Positions 25,369 through 35,329 of a stretch of 64,000 nt of DNA are shown piece by piece. The position numbers and the translations under genes were made by a program. The DNA is taken from the sequence record PP456878.1; one strand, given 5' to 3'. The stretch is from Pseudomonas phage vB_PaePAO1-KEN19. The notes beneath the pieces are model-generated. The model was given only the letters and a program-made list of their open reading frames with translations. It was not told the DNA's origin and did no database searches. Position 1 is the stretch's first letter. Each line of letters opens with the position of its first letter.

Positions 25369-27480
25369 ATGATAGACTCATTTAGGAAGCTAATGGGCTC
25401 GCTATCAATTACTGAAACTGATCAAGAAATTATCATCAGTGGTTTTGATGGTGCTGCATTCATTAGAGATATTAACAAGTATTGGCGAACCACTAAATTA
25501 GCTACGCAGTTATTTAACACGGTTAGTCGTCGTAGTATTTCATTTTATAAATTCTTTGCTCCTGAAATATATTACATGCTAGAAGCAGTAAAGAATTATA
25601 GAAGTAGATACATCTCTATTAAAACTGTTAATGCCATCCGTGAAGCAATGCTTCAATATACCTGGTTAAAAAATACTCGTCCTGTAGATACCAACTCTGT
25701 ACCAGGTAGACTCAATTTCAAGATGTTAGACAAATTGACATTTACACCAGATGAGTCTCAAAAAGCTTATTTTGAAAATTATAATTATCGAATTGACCAG
25801 TATGGTTTACGTGGTGATATTGTTGCAGGTAAACCTGGTACTGGTAAGACATTCATGACGATGGCTATTGCTGAAATGGTTGAGTCGGATATCATTATAG
25901 TTGTTTGTGAAAAGAAGTCTATTGATCTAATATGGAAGCCATCTATTATTGAGATGTATAAGGAAAGACAAAAAGTATGGTCGACCATTGATGATAAAGC
26001 CTACAACGGTCAAAGAATACTTATATCCCATTACCAGGCGCAAGATAAAATAATTGATCTATTAAGAAGCGGTATATTCAAAGGTAAGAACATTACGGTG
26101 ATTCTGGATGAATCACACAATATGAACGATCCTAATTCTGCACAATCTCTTAAGTTCCAGCAAATATGTTTTATGTCTAACTCTAATAACAGATTATTAG
26201 CGTCAGGTACCCCTGTTAAAGCACTTGGTTCTGAATTAGTAAGTGCATTAAGAGTATTAGACGATCTCTTCACCAATGAGGTTGAAGAACGTTTTAAGAA
26301 AGCATTTGGAAAAGAGACACAGAAAGGATTAGATATTGTCCAACATCGCTTTGGGTTAATTGCGTACGTCATTGAAAAGAAAGATACTGAGGTTTTACCA
26401 CCGAGGATAAAAGCGTATCGTATCAAGATACCAAATGGATCACAGTATACTCTTAATGCCATTAAACGTGATTGTGAAGCTTTTATTAGAGAACGTGTAA
26501 AGTTCTATGCTGCGCGCCGACCAGAAGATGAGAAGTATTGGGCTAAACTAATGGCGATACACGAGAACTCTCTTAAGACCCAGGCGCAGAAAGATGGTTT
26601 CGCTCGCTATAAGAATTTGATTAAAATAATTCAGAAGAATCAAGACCCGCGATACATTGGTGAAGAAATTAAAGAATCTAACCAATATGAAAAAATGTTT
26701 ATAGAGCCAACTTTACCTCGTAATGAAATAGCTGCTTTTAGAGATATTAAATCAGTTATAAAATACGTTATGCTAAAGATACAAGGTGAATGTTTGGGAA
26801 GGGTTTTAGGTGCTAAACGCATTCAGTGCCATGTGGACATGGTACCGTATATTGACTGGGTTGGTATCACTGAATCAACTATGAAGAAAACGATTGCATT
26901 TACATCGTTTGTTGAGGTTGTTGATACTGTTGATAAGTACACCAATAAATTAGGTATGCATCCGGCGGTGGTGTATGGTAAAACCAATGACAATTTACCT
27001 CAAATAATCAGTAGATTTGAGAAAGACCCTAAATTAAATCCATTGGTAGCTACATATGCTTCCCTTTCAACAGCGGTCCGTATGACGATGGCTGATACTA
27101 TGGTGACAATTAATTCACCGTTTAGACATTACATTCTAGAACAAGCTATTGCTCGAATTTACCGTAAAGGTCAGGATTCACAAACAGTCGTATATCAATG
27201 TACTCTCGATACAGAAGATGAACCGAATATCTCAACAAGGTCAGATGACATTCTAAAATGGAGTCAGGCAATGGTTGAAGCTATTATGGGTATTAAATCT
27301 CCATTTGAGATCACAGAGTCATTAGAAAGTTATGTTGATAAAAATAATAATTTTGATGAAAATAAAATCATTTATCAGATGCTAAAAGAATCATTTGAGA
27401 AGTATGATATCGCAATTGATTTTAATGACTTTGATACACGTATGTATAAACCATATCAGCCCGCATATATGCGGTTTTAA
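25369..27480 (+). CDS. SNF2-family (SF2) helicase/ATPase, 703 aa
   Basis: Walker A is AGKPGTGKTF, motif II is VILDESHN, motif III is LLASGTPV, and motif VI is QAIARIYRKGQ (SNF2-type QxxGRxxRxGQ). An AAGGAAAA RBS lies upstream. Confidence 0.7.
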   Translation: MIDSFRKLMGSLSITETDQEIIISGFDGAAFIRDINKYWRTTKLATQLFNTVSRRSISFYKFFAPEIYYMLEAVKNYRSRYISIKTVNAIREAMLQYTWLKNTRPVDTNSVPGRLNFKMLDKLTFTPDESQKAYFENYNYRIDQYGLRGDIVAGKPGTGKTFMTMAIAEMVESDIIIVVCEKKSIDLIWKPSIIEMYKERQKVWSTIDDKAYNGQRILISHYQAQDKIIDLLRSGIFKGKNITVILDESHNMNDPNSAQSLKFQQICFMSNSNNRLLASGTPVKALGSELVSALRVLDDLFTNEVEERFKKAFGKETQKGLDIVQHRFGLIAYVIEKKDTEVLPPRIKAYRIKIPNGSQYTLNAIKRDCEAFIRERVKFYAARRPEDEKYWAKLMAIHENSLKTQAQKDGFARYKNLIKIIQKNQDPRYIGEEIKESNQYEKMFIEPTLPRNEIAAFRDIKSVIKYVMLKIQGECLGRVLGAKRIQCHVDMVPYIDWVGITESTMKKTIAFTSFVEVVDTVDKYTNKLGMHPAVVYGKTNDNLPQIISRFEKDPKLNPLVATYASLSTAVRMTMADTMVTINSPFRHYILEQAIARIYRKGQDSQTVVYQCTLDTEDEPNISTRSDDILKWSQAMVEAIMGIKSPFEITESLESYVDKNNNFDENKIIYQMLKESFEKYDIAIDFNDFDTRMYKPYQPAYMRF

Positions 27481-27491
27481 AGGAGACAGAA

Positions 27492-27962
27492 ATGTCTGAT
27501 CCACATTCATCTAATACTGGTGAAGATCTTATTCTTGGGCCTGAAGCCACCAGTGAAGAAATGTATAATGCGATTTTAAGGTGGGTTGACAAAGTAACAA
27601 CCATCCTAGAATCTGGTGGTGGCCCTGGTCCAGGTCCTAGTACTGGTTTAAAACCAATTCTATTTCAAACTGGTACATTAAACCCAGGAGATGTAGTTAC
27701 TTATGATCTTTCCAAAGTTATTACTTCTATGGGTGATTATACTCTGGCTACAGCCATCGTTGATCTCAAGATTATCGACCCTGAAACTACTAGTCCTACT
27801 AGTGGTAAGCTTATTAGCGCTTCTGCTAGTATTGGTTGGGATCTCGATTCATCTACAGGGATTTTAAATATCCGTGGGTATAGCCTGTCTGTACCAATCA
27901 CTTATTATATTCGAGTTGACTCACCTATTAAGACGGCTGATATTCCCGTGTATACCCCGTAA
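27492..27962 (+). CDS. hypothetical protein with Gly/Pro linker (GGGPGPGPSTG), possibly structural (156 aa)
   Basis: ORF with an AAGGAG RBS. Confidence 0.55.
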   Translation: MSDPHSSNTGEDLILGPEATSEEMYNAILRWVDKVTTILESGGGPGPGPSTGLKPILFQTGTLNPGDVVTYDLSKVITSMGDYTLATAIVDLKIIDPETTSPTSGKLISASASIGWDLDSSTGILNIRGYSLSVPITYYIRVDSPIKTADIPVYTP

Positions 27963-27972
27963 GGAGTGAGAA

Positions 27973-29922
27973 ATGCCTTCTATTGTCCCGTCGCAAGTGC
28001 CGGGTCCTGTGGCACTAAACTCTAAAGTTAAATTTAACTTTAGTTCAGATATTCAGAAGGTGTATTATACAGTGAGCCCGGAGTTACCTCCGGTGCTCTC
28101 TGAATACATTGCTTATGATGGTGACCCTGCAACAGGTGGTAGTCCATTTATTGCTGTTGTGCAAGATGGCACTGGTAATGTTCTTTATGATTGTAGTTTT
28201 CCAAAATTCTATAATTTAAACTATGATACTTACCAAATTCCGGCTAATACAACAAACCCTCAAGATCTATGGGGATGGGTAAGATATTTTTATAATGCTA
28301 TTGGGTTTATTAGGAATGGTAGTAAGTACGAATCAACTGGAAAGAAATTCTTAGTAATCACAGATAGTAATCCTAGTGAACCTTATTCAGTCCTCAATAC
28401 GTCAGGTAATGGTTTTAAAAAGATACTAGATACGGCTGCTCGTGTACAAGATTCTACCTATGATGTTTATTACCCAGAAATGATGGGTGGCACAGTAGAC
28501 CTTACTTTAACAGATCTTAATAAGTATTATGCATGTATTCTATTCTCTACTAAAGATCATAATACTGGTGCATTAACTCCTGAAAGAGTGAGTCAGGCGA
28601 CTATTGATAATCTAGCTACTTGGCGTAAATCGGGTAATGGTATCTTTGTTATAACTGATTCTGCTTCAAGAGATTACACTAATATTGAAGATGCTAAAGA
28701 AAATAATGGTAGTTTTGCATTTACCGCTAATAGACTAGCCTTTAATTTTGGTTCTTATTTCTCTGGTGTTGTTGATAGGTCAGATGTTCAATATACTGTA
28801 AATCAGATGCTAAGCTGGTCACCAAAAGCTGCATCATCTGGTTTGTTTACAGGTATGAATAAATCTATTGGTAATGGTCAAGTAACTGACTTTGTTATCA
28901 AAGGTGATTCAAGTGAAAGTGAGATTAAGCTTGTTACTTTCCCAGCGTATAACAAAGAAGATATTCCTGAATTTACCTTCGATCATACTGGCGAGTACAT
29001 TTACAATTTTCTTTGTACGACATCTGAAAATCCTAATAAACCGTATGCTATTTCATTTAGATTCCAAGTTGGTGTAGATGATGGTATCTTTGTTGCACGT
29101 GATAATGGCCAAGCTATTGATACTACTCAGATACTAACAGCTAAGCGTTATTTTGATCTTAATCTAGGTTACTCAAATGGTACTGACCATCAGGATTATC
29201 TAGGCGATATTCAAATAAATGGCTATTTAGTTGGATCATTCTTATTTAGTCAGGGCATTACTCAGTGGGATCTGATAACTCATGGATCAACTCTTTTAAT
29301 CCATGATAATGATCAGATACGTATTAACGTACGTGTACCTTATACTTACACAATGCAGCATCAAGTGGTACTTAGTTCAAAACCTGCTTCTCTTTATAAT
29401 GAAGCATCCCTTATAGGTACAATGGCATGGGATGATTATAAAGGGATAAGTAAAGCTAAAATTTATGAATATATTAATCTTAGCATGACCAAGTATATGT
29501 ATCGTGTAGCGAATGCATATAAGAATAACATTAATATAAAACCAATAGTATTGACTGCATTACGCCGTACATTCCTTGGTGAGACATTAAATACAGCTAA
29601 TGTATATGTTTATGATAATAACTCCACATGGGGTAAACTATCACAACGTGTCCAGAACGGACGACATGGTGATATTGTTATCTTTGCAGATACTTCTAAA
29701 GTTGTCCAGTATGATGAACTGGCTTCAACACCTGGCTGGTATGTAATGAAAGATCCAGGATTAGCTGATGTAACAGTAGCTAAACTAGTTCCATTCTTTG
29801 GAAATAACCGAGCTATTAAAAATAGGTTAAAGACTGGTGACATTCTTGATGAGACCACTGGTCAACCAATTTCTTTCCATGCTAATTGGAAAATAGAAAA
29901 TGATAAACTTGTAAAAGTTTAA
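27973..29922 (+). CDS. large beta-rich hypothetical protein, fibre/structural-like composition (649 aa)
   Basis: ORF with an AAGGAG RBS, rich in N/S/T/G/Y. It ends at the bidirectional terminator. Confidence 0.6.
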   Translation: MPSIVPSQVPGPVALNSKVKFNFSSDIQKVYYTVSPELPPVLSEYIAYDGDPATGGSPFIAVVQDGTGNVLYDCSFPKFYNLNYDTYQIPANTTNPQDLWGWVRYFYNAIGFIRNGSKYESTGKKFLVITDSNPSEPYSVLNTSGNGFKKILDTAARVQDSTYDVYYPEMMGGTVDLTLTDLNKYYACILFSTKDHNTGALTPERVSQATIDNLATWRKSGNGIFVITDSASRDYTNIEDAKENNGSFAFTANRLAFNFGSYFSGVVDRSDVQYTVNQMLSWSPKAASSGLFTGMNKSIGNGQVTDFVIKGDSSESEIKLVTFPAYNKEDIPEFTFDHTGEYIYNFLCTTSENPNKPYAISFRFQVGVDDGIFVARDNGQAIDTTQILTAKRYFDLNLGYSNGTDHQDYLGDIQINGYLVGSFLFSQGITQWDLITHGSTLLIHDNDQIRINVRVPYTYTMQHQVVLSSKPASLYNEASLIGTMAWDDYKGISKAKIYEYINLSMTKYMYRVANAYKNNINIKPIVLTALRRTFLGETLNTANVYVYDNNSTWGKLSQRVQNGRHGDIVIFADTSKVVQYDELASTPGWYVMKDPGLADVTVAKLVPFFGNNRAIKNRLKTGDILDETTGQPISFHANWKIENDKLVKV

Positions 29923-29930
29923 CGGCATAA

Positions 29931-29951
29931 GCCCTCCCGCAATGGGAGGGC
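29931..29951. terminator. bidirectional terminator gccctccc-gcaat-gggagggc (plus side followed by ATTATGTTGTTTT)
   Basis: Sits between convergent genes (plus gene ends 29922, minus gene ends 29963). Confidence 0.6.
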
Positions 29952-29962
29952 ATTATGTTGTT

Positions 29963-30622
29963 TTAACCACGCGTTATATTAAATAACCGTCTTTTCTGAT
30001 CAAGTAATAAAATAGCGCTTGTGGTAATTTTAATGTTAAACCTACGTTTAGCTAAACTCTGAGCTACTAGTTCAATAGCATCAACTAGATCGATTGATTC
30101 TATATCACCTGTATTTTTAGATTTACTAATTGGTTTACTAAGAATTTTCCATCCCTTAGTAAAATTACTAGCTGATGGCTTTTGACCTATCTTGCTACGA
30201 AAAAATAGTCCAACTAATTTACTAGCCAGTTCACGTGGATCATTAAAATCTGTTTCTGGTGAATGTAAGGTAATATTACTGTTTGCCAGGAATTCATGGT
30301 TCTCCGCACGATCCTCGATGGTTTTAGCACGTGGATCAAAATCCCAACAATTAACAGTTATATTTACGTCATTACCATTACGACGTAGATCAATACATCT
30401 AATGAAATCAGTCATATCAAACTTACGTTCAACATCACGCATGTCATTAGCAATCTTCTCTAATTCATCGTTATCAGTAATACCAACTTGCTTAGTAATA
30501 TCAAAAGTCAAATCGGCTAAAACGGATTGAGGAAAACTGGTTGCGATCAGCAAACGCAGTACGATTTCTGGACGACTTTTTCTATCTTTGTCGCCTGACA
30601 TCTTCTCAAAGGTATTAGTCAT
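29963..30622 (-). CDS. hypothetical protein (219 aa)
   Basis: ORF in the minus block. Confidence 0.55.
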   Translation of the reverse strand: MTNTFEKMSGDKDRKSRPEIVLRLLIATSFPQSVLADLTFDITKQVGITDNDELEKIANDMRDVERKFDMTDFIRCIDLRRNGNDVNITVNCWDFDPRAKTIEDRAENHEFLANSNITLHSPETDFNDPRELASKLVGLFFRSKIGQKPSASNFTKGWKILSKPISKSKNTGDIESIDLVDAIELVAQSLAKRRFNIKITTSAILLLDQKRRLFNITRG

Positions 30623-30641
30623 GATGGCTATCCCAAAAAGG

Positions 30642-31073
30642 TTAGTTCACACCATTTAAACGCTCCCAGTCATCTAGGGTTGCACGAGCATCAAATAGTG
30701 CGTTGTGAAGCATTTTAGAACCTTTTCCACTTAGCTCATGATTTAATTCAAATATAGTTGGTAACTCAACAACTTGTTTACCTTTACCCATATCCATAGC
30801 TTTACCAGTGTAAACCATATCGTTAACATGATTAGCTATAAAATGTAATCGAGCAAACTGACCAAGAAACTTGGCTAGTCTATCATGGAATTCTTCTAAA
30901 GAGATTGGTTCTTTTTGAAGAATAGGAATAACGTTTTCTTTAACCCATTCATCTTCAATATTGTCATATGGTAGAACTTCGTAGAATTCACAACGTCGAT
31001 CTTCACTAACAATACCGAGTGAAATAAGAGTACCAGTAGGCGTATCAAATTCTGTATCAACAAAAAGTAACAT
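30642..31073 (-). CDS. DEDDh-type 3'-5' exonuclease, minimal (143 aa)
   Basis: Exo I motif is FVDTEFDTPTG and Exo III motif is HNALFDARAT, matching the DnaQ/oligoribonuclease-like fold. Confidence 0.65.
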   Translation of the reverse strand: MLLFVDTEFDTPTGTLISLGIVSEDRRCEFYEVLPYDNIEDEWVKENVIPILQKEPISLEEFHDRLAKFLGQFARLHFIANHVNDMVYTGKAMDMGKGKQVVELPTIFELNHELSGKGSKMLHNALFDARATLDDWERLNGVN

Positions 31074-31163
31074 AGTAGTTTTCCTTATACGAAAGTCTTA
31101 TCATAACAATAATGCACTTACGTCAAAAAGAGAGAACCATCATGGTTCTCTCCTATAAAAGTA

Positions 31164-31652
31164 TTAGACTTTTAGTCCACGAATATTGAAGATTATTTGA
31201 CAAGCTGCAATTATTCTATTTCTAGAAATCTTTACAGGAATTTTATAGTGATTGAGTACAGCTTTAGGATTCTCAACACTCATCAATTCTTTAAGTAATT
31301 CGTCGCTAATTTTATTATGTGTCAGGACAAAGGTTGCGACATCGTGGTCCCAGCATCGTTTTATTGCACTACAAGCACGAATATACTTCTCGGCTAATTC
31401 GGGGCTAAAATCTAATGCTTCTAGCCATCTTTTGCGACCAGCAGTGTAAATCACTCGTGTACGAGTATTCGATGGGACAGCTACAATGTAGCCTGTACCT
31501 GGTGTCCTACGTTCTTCAATAGGTCTGATATTCCAATCACCAATCGTCCTAATTAGTGTAGATAAATCATCATTAGCACCATAGTAGCCAATAGGTAAAC
31601 CTAAACTAACTTGTTTATCTATCTGGTCTACAGTTTGATGTGTAATAACCAT
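31164..31652 (-). CDS. hypothetical protein (162 aa)
   Basis: ORF in the minus block. Confidence 0.55.
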   Translation of the reverse strand: MVITHQTVDQIDKQVSLGLPIGYYGANDDLSTLIRTIGDWNIRPIEERRTPGTGYIVAVPSNTRTRVIYTAGRKRWLEALDFSPELAEKYIRACSAIKRCWDHDVATFVLTHNKISDELLKELMSVENPKAVLNHYKIPVKISRNRIIAACQIIFNIRGLKV

Positions 31653-31762
31653 TGTAGTTCTCTTCCCAATAGGGTTTTATAAACTTCCACAAGACTAAAC
31701 TCCATTATAGTCCTATCAGATTGGGTAATAAAACTTAACAAAAAAAATATTAAACATAAAAC

Positions 31763-31782
31763 CCTCTCCCGAAGGAGAGGGT
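31763..31782 (-). terminator. hairpin ccctctcc-cgaa-ggagaggg then minus-sense TTTTATG
   Basis: Stem 3' of the stop of gene 31794-32156. Confidence 0.5.
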
Positions 31783-31793
31783 AATATATAACT

Positions 31794-32156
31794 TTATCCA
31801 TACATTACGAAAGGTACTTCGTAAACAATTAGATAAGTATACATTAGTTTAAAACCAATGTGTAACCACTGATCTTGATTAAATGTAATTTTATTATCAC
31901 ATTTTAAATAATCAATAATGCAGTGAGAAATTGTTTCAATAAGTCCTAAAACTAATGAACCAGTAATGAAATAAACTGCGCCACCATGCATGAAGCTGTG
32001 TGCAGGTAATACCCATTTCCAATATAGTGAACCTAGTTCAGTAGTATGATTTTTAGCCTTTGCAATGAAATCATTTTGCAATGAAAAATCAAAGATGAAG
32101 TGCGCTACAATTAAACCAAAGAATAATGCCATTGAGTTGACACTGATTAATTCCAT
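31794..32156 (-). CDS. polytopic membrane protein (120 aa)
   Basis: Several hydrophobic segments (MALFFGLIVAHFIFDF, AVYFITGSLVLGLIETI, LMYTYLIVYEVPFVMY). Confidence 0.55.
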   Translation of the reverse strand: MELISVNSMALFFGLIVAHFIFDFSLQNDFIAKAKNHTTELGSLYWKWVLPAHSFMHGGAVYFITGSLVLGLIETISHCIIDYLKCDNKITFNQDQWLHIGFKLMYTYLIVYEVPFVMYG

Positions 32157-32167
32157 TTTATTTCCGC

Positions 32168-32569
32168 CTAGAAAGGTATTTCATCTTCAACAATGTGTGA
32201 ATAGTCGATATTATGTTTTTCACATAATTCTTTAAATTTATCTATTTTGGTCATAGCCTCTAATAAATCATTATGTAATTTATTTTTATAATTCTTACCA
32301 AAATCAGCAGGGTCAAATACAGATTTATAATAGACATATATTTCAGAATATTCTTTCTTTAAAATATCAATAACTACTGGATCATTACCATCACCAAGAT
32401 AACTAATCAGATGACATAAATCATAGTTTTGACGACGAGCTGCTTTTAAGATAAGTTCATTAATTTCAATTAATTCAGACTTATTACATCGCCTTCTTTT
32501 TATATATCGAATGATTTTATTAAATATCATATTAAGTGATTCCCAACCATTGTAGATAACCACTATCAC
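32168..32569 (-). CDS. hypothetical protein (133 aa; start may be an internal Met)
   Basis: ORF with a 38-nt overlap to the upstream gene. Confidence 0.45.
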   Translation of the reverse strand: MIVVIYNGWESLNMIFNKIIRYIKRRRCNKSELIEINELILKAARRQNYDLCHLISYLGDGNDPVVIDILKKEYSEIYVYYKSVFDPADFGKNYKNKLHNDLLEAMTKIDKFKELCEKHNIDYSHIVEDEIPF

Positions 32570-32906
32570 TTAATCCACGATAATAATCATCTTTATTTTT
32601 ACGTAAATAACAATAAACTATTTTACCCATTAATTGATAGTTAGCTTCATTATCAAAGGTAAATTCTTTTTCTAATCTATTATTACTATCCACTAATGAG
32701 ATTACTACATTACCGTAACGTACTGTTAATTTAACTGTACGAGTAGAGTCGGTATCATGAAAGATATAAGTCAACCCATAATTCAACTCATTATTTAATA
32801 CTTGAATACTAGTAGATCTATCAGATTTAATCTGAAGTGGATGCTCGACAATCGCCTTGAATGCTTTATTGCATAAGAGAATATTTTGTATTTTTAATGA
32901 ATCCAT
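32532..32906 (-). CDS. hypothetical protein (124 aa)
   Basis: ORF in the minus block. Confidence 0.5.
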   Translation of the reverse strand: MDSLKIQNILLCNKAFKAIVEHPLQIKSDRSTSIQVLNNELNYGLTYIFHDTDSTRTVKLTVRYGNVVISLVDSNNRLEKEFTFDNEANYQLMGKIVYCYLRKNKDDYYRGLSDSGYLQWLGIT

Positions 32907-33061
32907 GACATTACCTGACTTTGTATTTATAATTTACCTATATCAAATTAGAAGTAGGCAATAATGAGCTGACCCAGTAGTCTTCAATCTCAGCCTAATT
33001 GGATCAGTGTTTAGACTGAGATTGAATATTAAACTGTAGTGGTACTTTAATCAATGATGTA

Positions 33062-33418
33062 TTATGGATTTCCGGCAAGCCAGCTTACTGCACATATTGC
33101 TGCCTCATCAAATTGATTCAATGAGAATTTGGTTATCCGAACAGCCTGTGCCATATTAAGAACTTTAAATTCACTATCACCAGACTCAATATGAGATATC
33201 ATGCCAAGATGATCATTGCTGGTATCATAAACTGCAATGCGGATATCCTTGCCTCTCTCAACCACATATGCAATAGATCGTTTTGTTACAGGGTTATCGA
33301 TGACATTAACTGTTTCACGCAATGTAGCGTCAATCCGGGATGCATTAATATGAATGCTAATTGCATTCAGCAAATGATGCTCAATCTGTCGCCCTGTTTC
33401 AAGAGTTAGAGAACCCAT
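33062..33418 (-). CDS. hypothetical protein (118 aa)
   Basis: ORF in the minus block. Confidence 0.5.
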   Translation of the reverse strand: MGSLTLETGRQIEHHLLNAISIHINASRIDATLRETVNVIDNPVTKRSIAYVVERGKDIRIAVYDTSNDHLGMISHIESGDSEFKVLNMAQAVRITKFSLNQFDEAAICAVSWLAGNP

Positions 33419-33430
33419 TATAATCTCCTT

Positions 33431-33793
33431 TTAGAATCCAAGATAATCAAAGAATCCATGGTAATCGAATGTGCGTGTTGGGATACTTGTATCCGAAAAG
33501 AACGTATTTATTTGTTTGGCTAATTCAGTGTAGTAATGTGAATTATATTTGTTGATCTTAGTAACCATCTTCTCATCAAAGAGATAGGTTACACGCATAT
33601 TCAGTGGTTTAACTACATTGATCTCAATAACTACCTTACGAACCATATCCTCAGATAAGAGTATACACTTAGCGTCACATGGTGAAACCTCTATTTTAAT
33701 ACCTACACAAGGCTTGAGGTTATCGTGATATTTCGTGAGTTCCTCTAATACAGCATCCATAGTTTGGATGAGCTTTATATTGGTAATGTTCAT
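33431..33793 (-). CDS. hypothetical protein (120 aa)
   Basis: ORF in the minus block. Confidence 0.5.
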   Translation of the reverse strand: MNITNIKLIQTMDAVLEELTKYHDNLKPCVGIKIEVSPCDAKCILLSEDMVRKVVIEINVVKPLNMRVTYLFDEKMVTKINKYNSHYYTELAKQINTFFSDTSIPTRTFDYHGFFDYLGF

Positions 33794-34530
33794 TACAGCC
33801 CCTCGTAAATATCCTTTCGTTTTGGATTGATGCCTGCAACCTTACCTTTATCATTATTGATGTAACAAAGGAATTCATCGCAAGTGGTGGTCTTTACAAA
33901 TGGGATAATTTGAATGAGTTCTAGTAAAGTATATTCTTTACCAAAGTATTTACACATTTGTGTAAGTTGACTACACACCACATTATAAAAGCCCCTAGTA
34001 TTTTGTAGTGTAAGATACTCACCATCAATCACTCTATCATTATTTACCATGTATACATCACGAATAGGATAAGTGTCTTTTAAGGGACCATTGCCAAATT
34101 TGACACCATGTACCCCATTAGGTCCATTTAGTAAATAGTATCCAGTTGGTACTGACCAATAAGTAGTTCCTTTAAATCCCAATAGATGTCCATATGGTTC
34201 ATGATAATCGGATGTATAGCACTGATCATCCTCACAGATAACCTCCTGGTACATCGAGTATTCAACAGGTAGTTGTTTAGTTGGATCACTAGGGTGAACC
34301 ACCAATATTATTGAATTTTCTGGATAACTGGTCCAACCGCAACTACCCAGTTTGGATTGCTTATTGAAATTACATGGAGCAATTCGCGGAGTATGATTAG
34401 AGTAGAATAATGGTACTCCATAAAAAGCAAGTGGTTCGTAATTAACACTAGCTTTAGTATACATGCCAATACTAATCAGAAATACTGCACAGAATATACG
34501 CATCGATAATTTAAACATCAGTGCATCCAC
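33793..34530 (-). CDS. Cys-rich secreted-type protein with signal peptide (245 aa)
   Basis: Signal-peptide-like MRIFCAVFLISIGMYTKASV, plus many cysteines. Confidence 0.55.
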   Translation of the reverse strand: MDALMFKLSMRIFCAVFLISIGMYTKASVNYEPLAFYGVPLFYSNHTPRIAPCNFNKQSKLGSCGWTSYPENSIILVVHPSDPTKQLPVEYSMYQEVICEDDQCYTSDYHEPYGHLLGFKGTTYWSVPTGYYLLNGPNGVHGVKFGNGPLKDTYPIRDVYMVNNDRVIDGEYLTLQNTRGFYNVVCSQLTQMCKYFGKEYTLLELIQIIPFVKTTTCDEFLCYINNDKGKVAGINPKRKDIYEGL

Positions 34531-35302
34531 CCTCGGTTTCCTTAATTGCTAATTTTACTAATACACTTACCCATGCGCCTTCATCGAGTAGCCAACCAGC
34601 TGCACCCGTGCCATGCTCGGCAAATCCAAGACTATCTAAATAATGTAGCATGAATGTAGTCGGACCAAATCCATATTTCTTATCACATTCATTACGTTTA
34701 GAAATATTCCACCCTTGGCGATATATATCCAATACATCATCAATATACTGCAATTCTGCTTCTGGATGGCCACAACCACACAGGTTTAATAATTTGCGTG
34801 TAATGGTATTGCATGTATCACTATATTCTTTTTCATTATAATCAATGAAAGTGCCTTCCCGTTTGAATAGTTGCTTATCAGATGTTAAATCATTAAAATG
34901 ACCAGGATAATCTTGAGATGGAAGTGCACCTAGTGCCATTAGTATAATAACACGCGGATCTTTACGCTCAACTGATTCAATGAGTACTTTAAAGTTGAGT
35001 TCTCGTTGTACCACATTGTTATCAATGTTGATATTATTCAGAAGAATGTCCATAGCTTCTTGACCATGCCAACTACGGAGGTTAGGTTGATTATTAGTAT
35101 AACCAGTGATGGTCAATTGGTTAGCTGTGTTTGATTTACCAACAGTAACATGTAAGTAATAAGGGCATTGTTCTAATTTATCAGCAATACCAGTTGAAGA
35201 TTTGTTACCCTCAAGTAATCCAACATCGCCATGACCGATATACAAACAGATACCTTCTGTAGAAGGTTGAGTAGTATAGTTAAAGTTCAAGGATTTAAAC
35301 AT
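34511..35302 (-). CDS. hypothetical protein (263 aa)
   Basis: ORF in the minus block. Confidence 0.55.
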   Translation of the reverse strand: MFKSLNFNYTTQPSTEGICLYIGHGDVGLLEGNKSSTGIADKLEQCPYYLHVTVGKSNTANQLTITGYTNNQPNLRSWHGQEAMDILLNNINIDNNVVQRELNFKVLIESVERKDPRVIILMALGALPSQDYPGHFNDLTSDKQLFKREGTFIDYNEKEYSDTCNTITRKLLNLCGCGHPEAELQYIDDVLDIYRQGWNISKRNECDKKYGFGPTTFMLHYLDSLGFAEHGTGAAGWLLDEGAWVSVLVKLAIKETEGGCTDV

Positions 35303-35329
35303 ACTCTTTCCTCTATTATAAATGATTAG

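Noticed and set aside
31781-31788. Exact TATATTAC (minus sense) overlapping the terminator hairpin at 31763-31782
   Set aside because: The core lies between a stop codon and the hairpin, which it overlaps. It lacks the upstream TTTGAGAT/ATTGCAC box and the usual spacing to a start codon, so it is probably coincidental.
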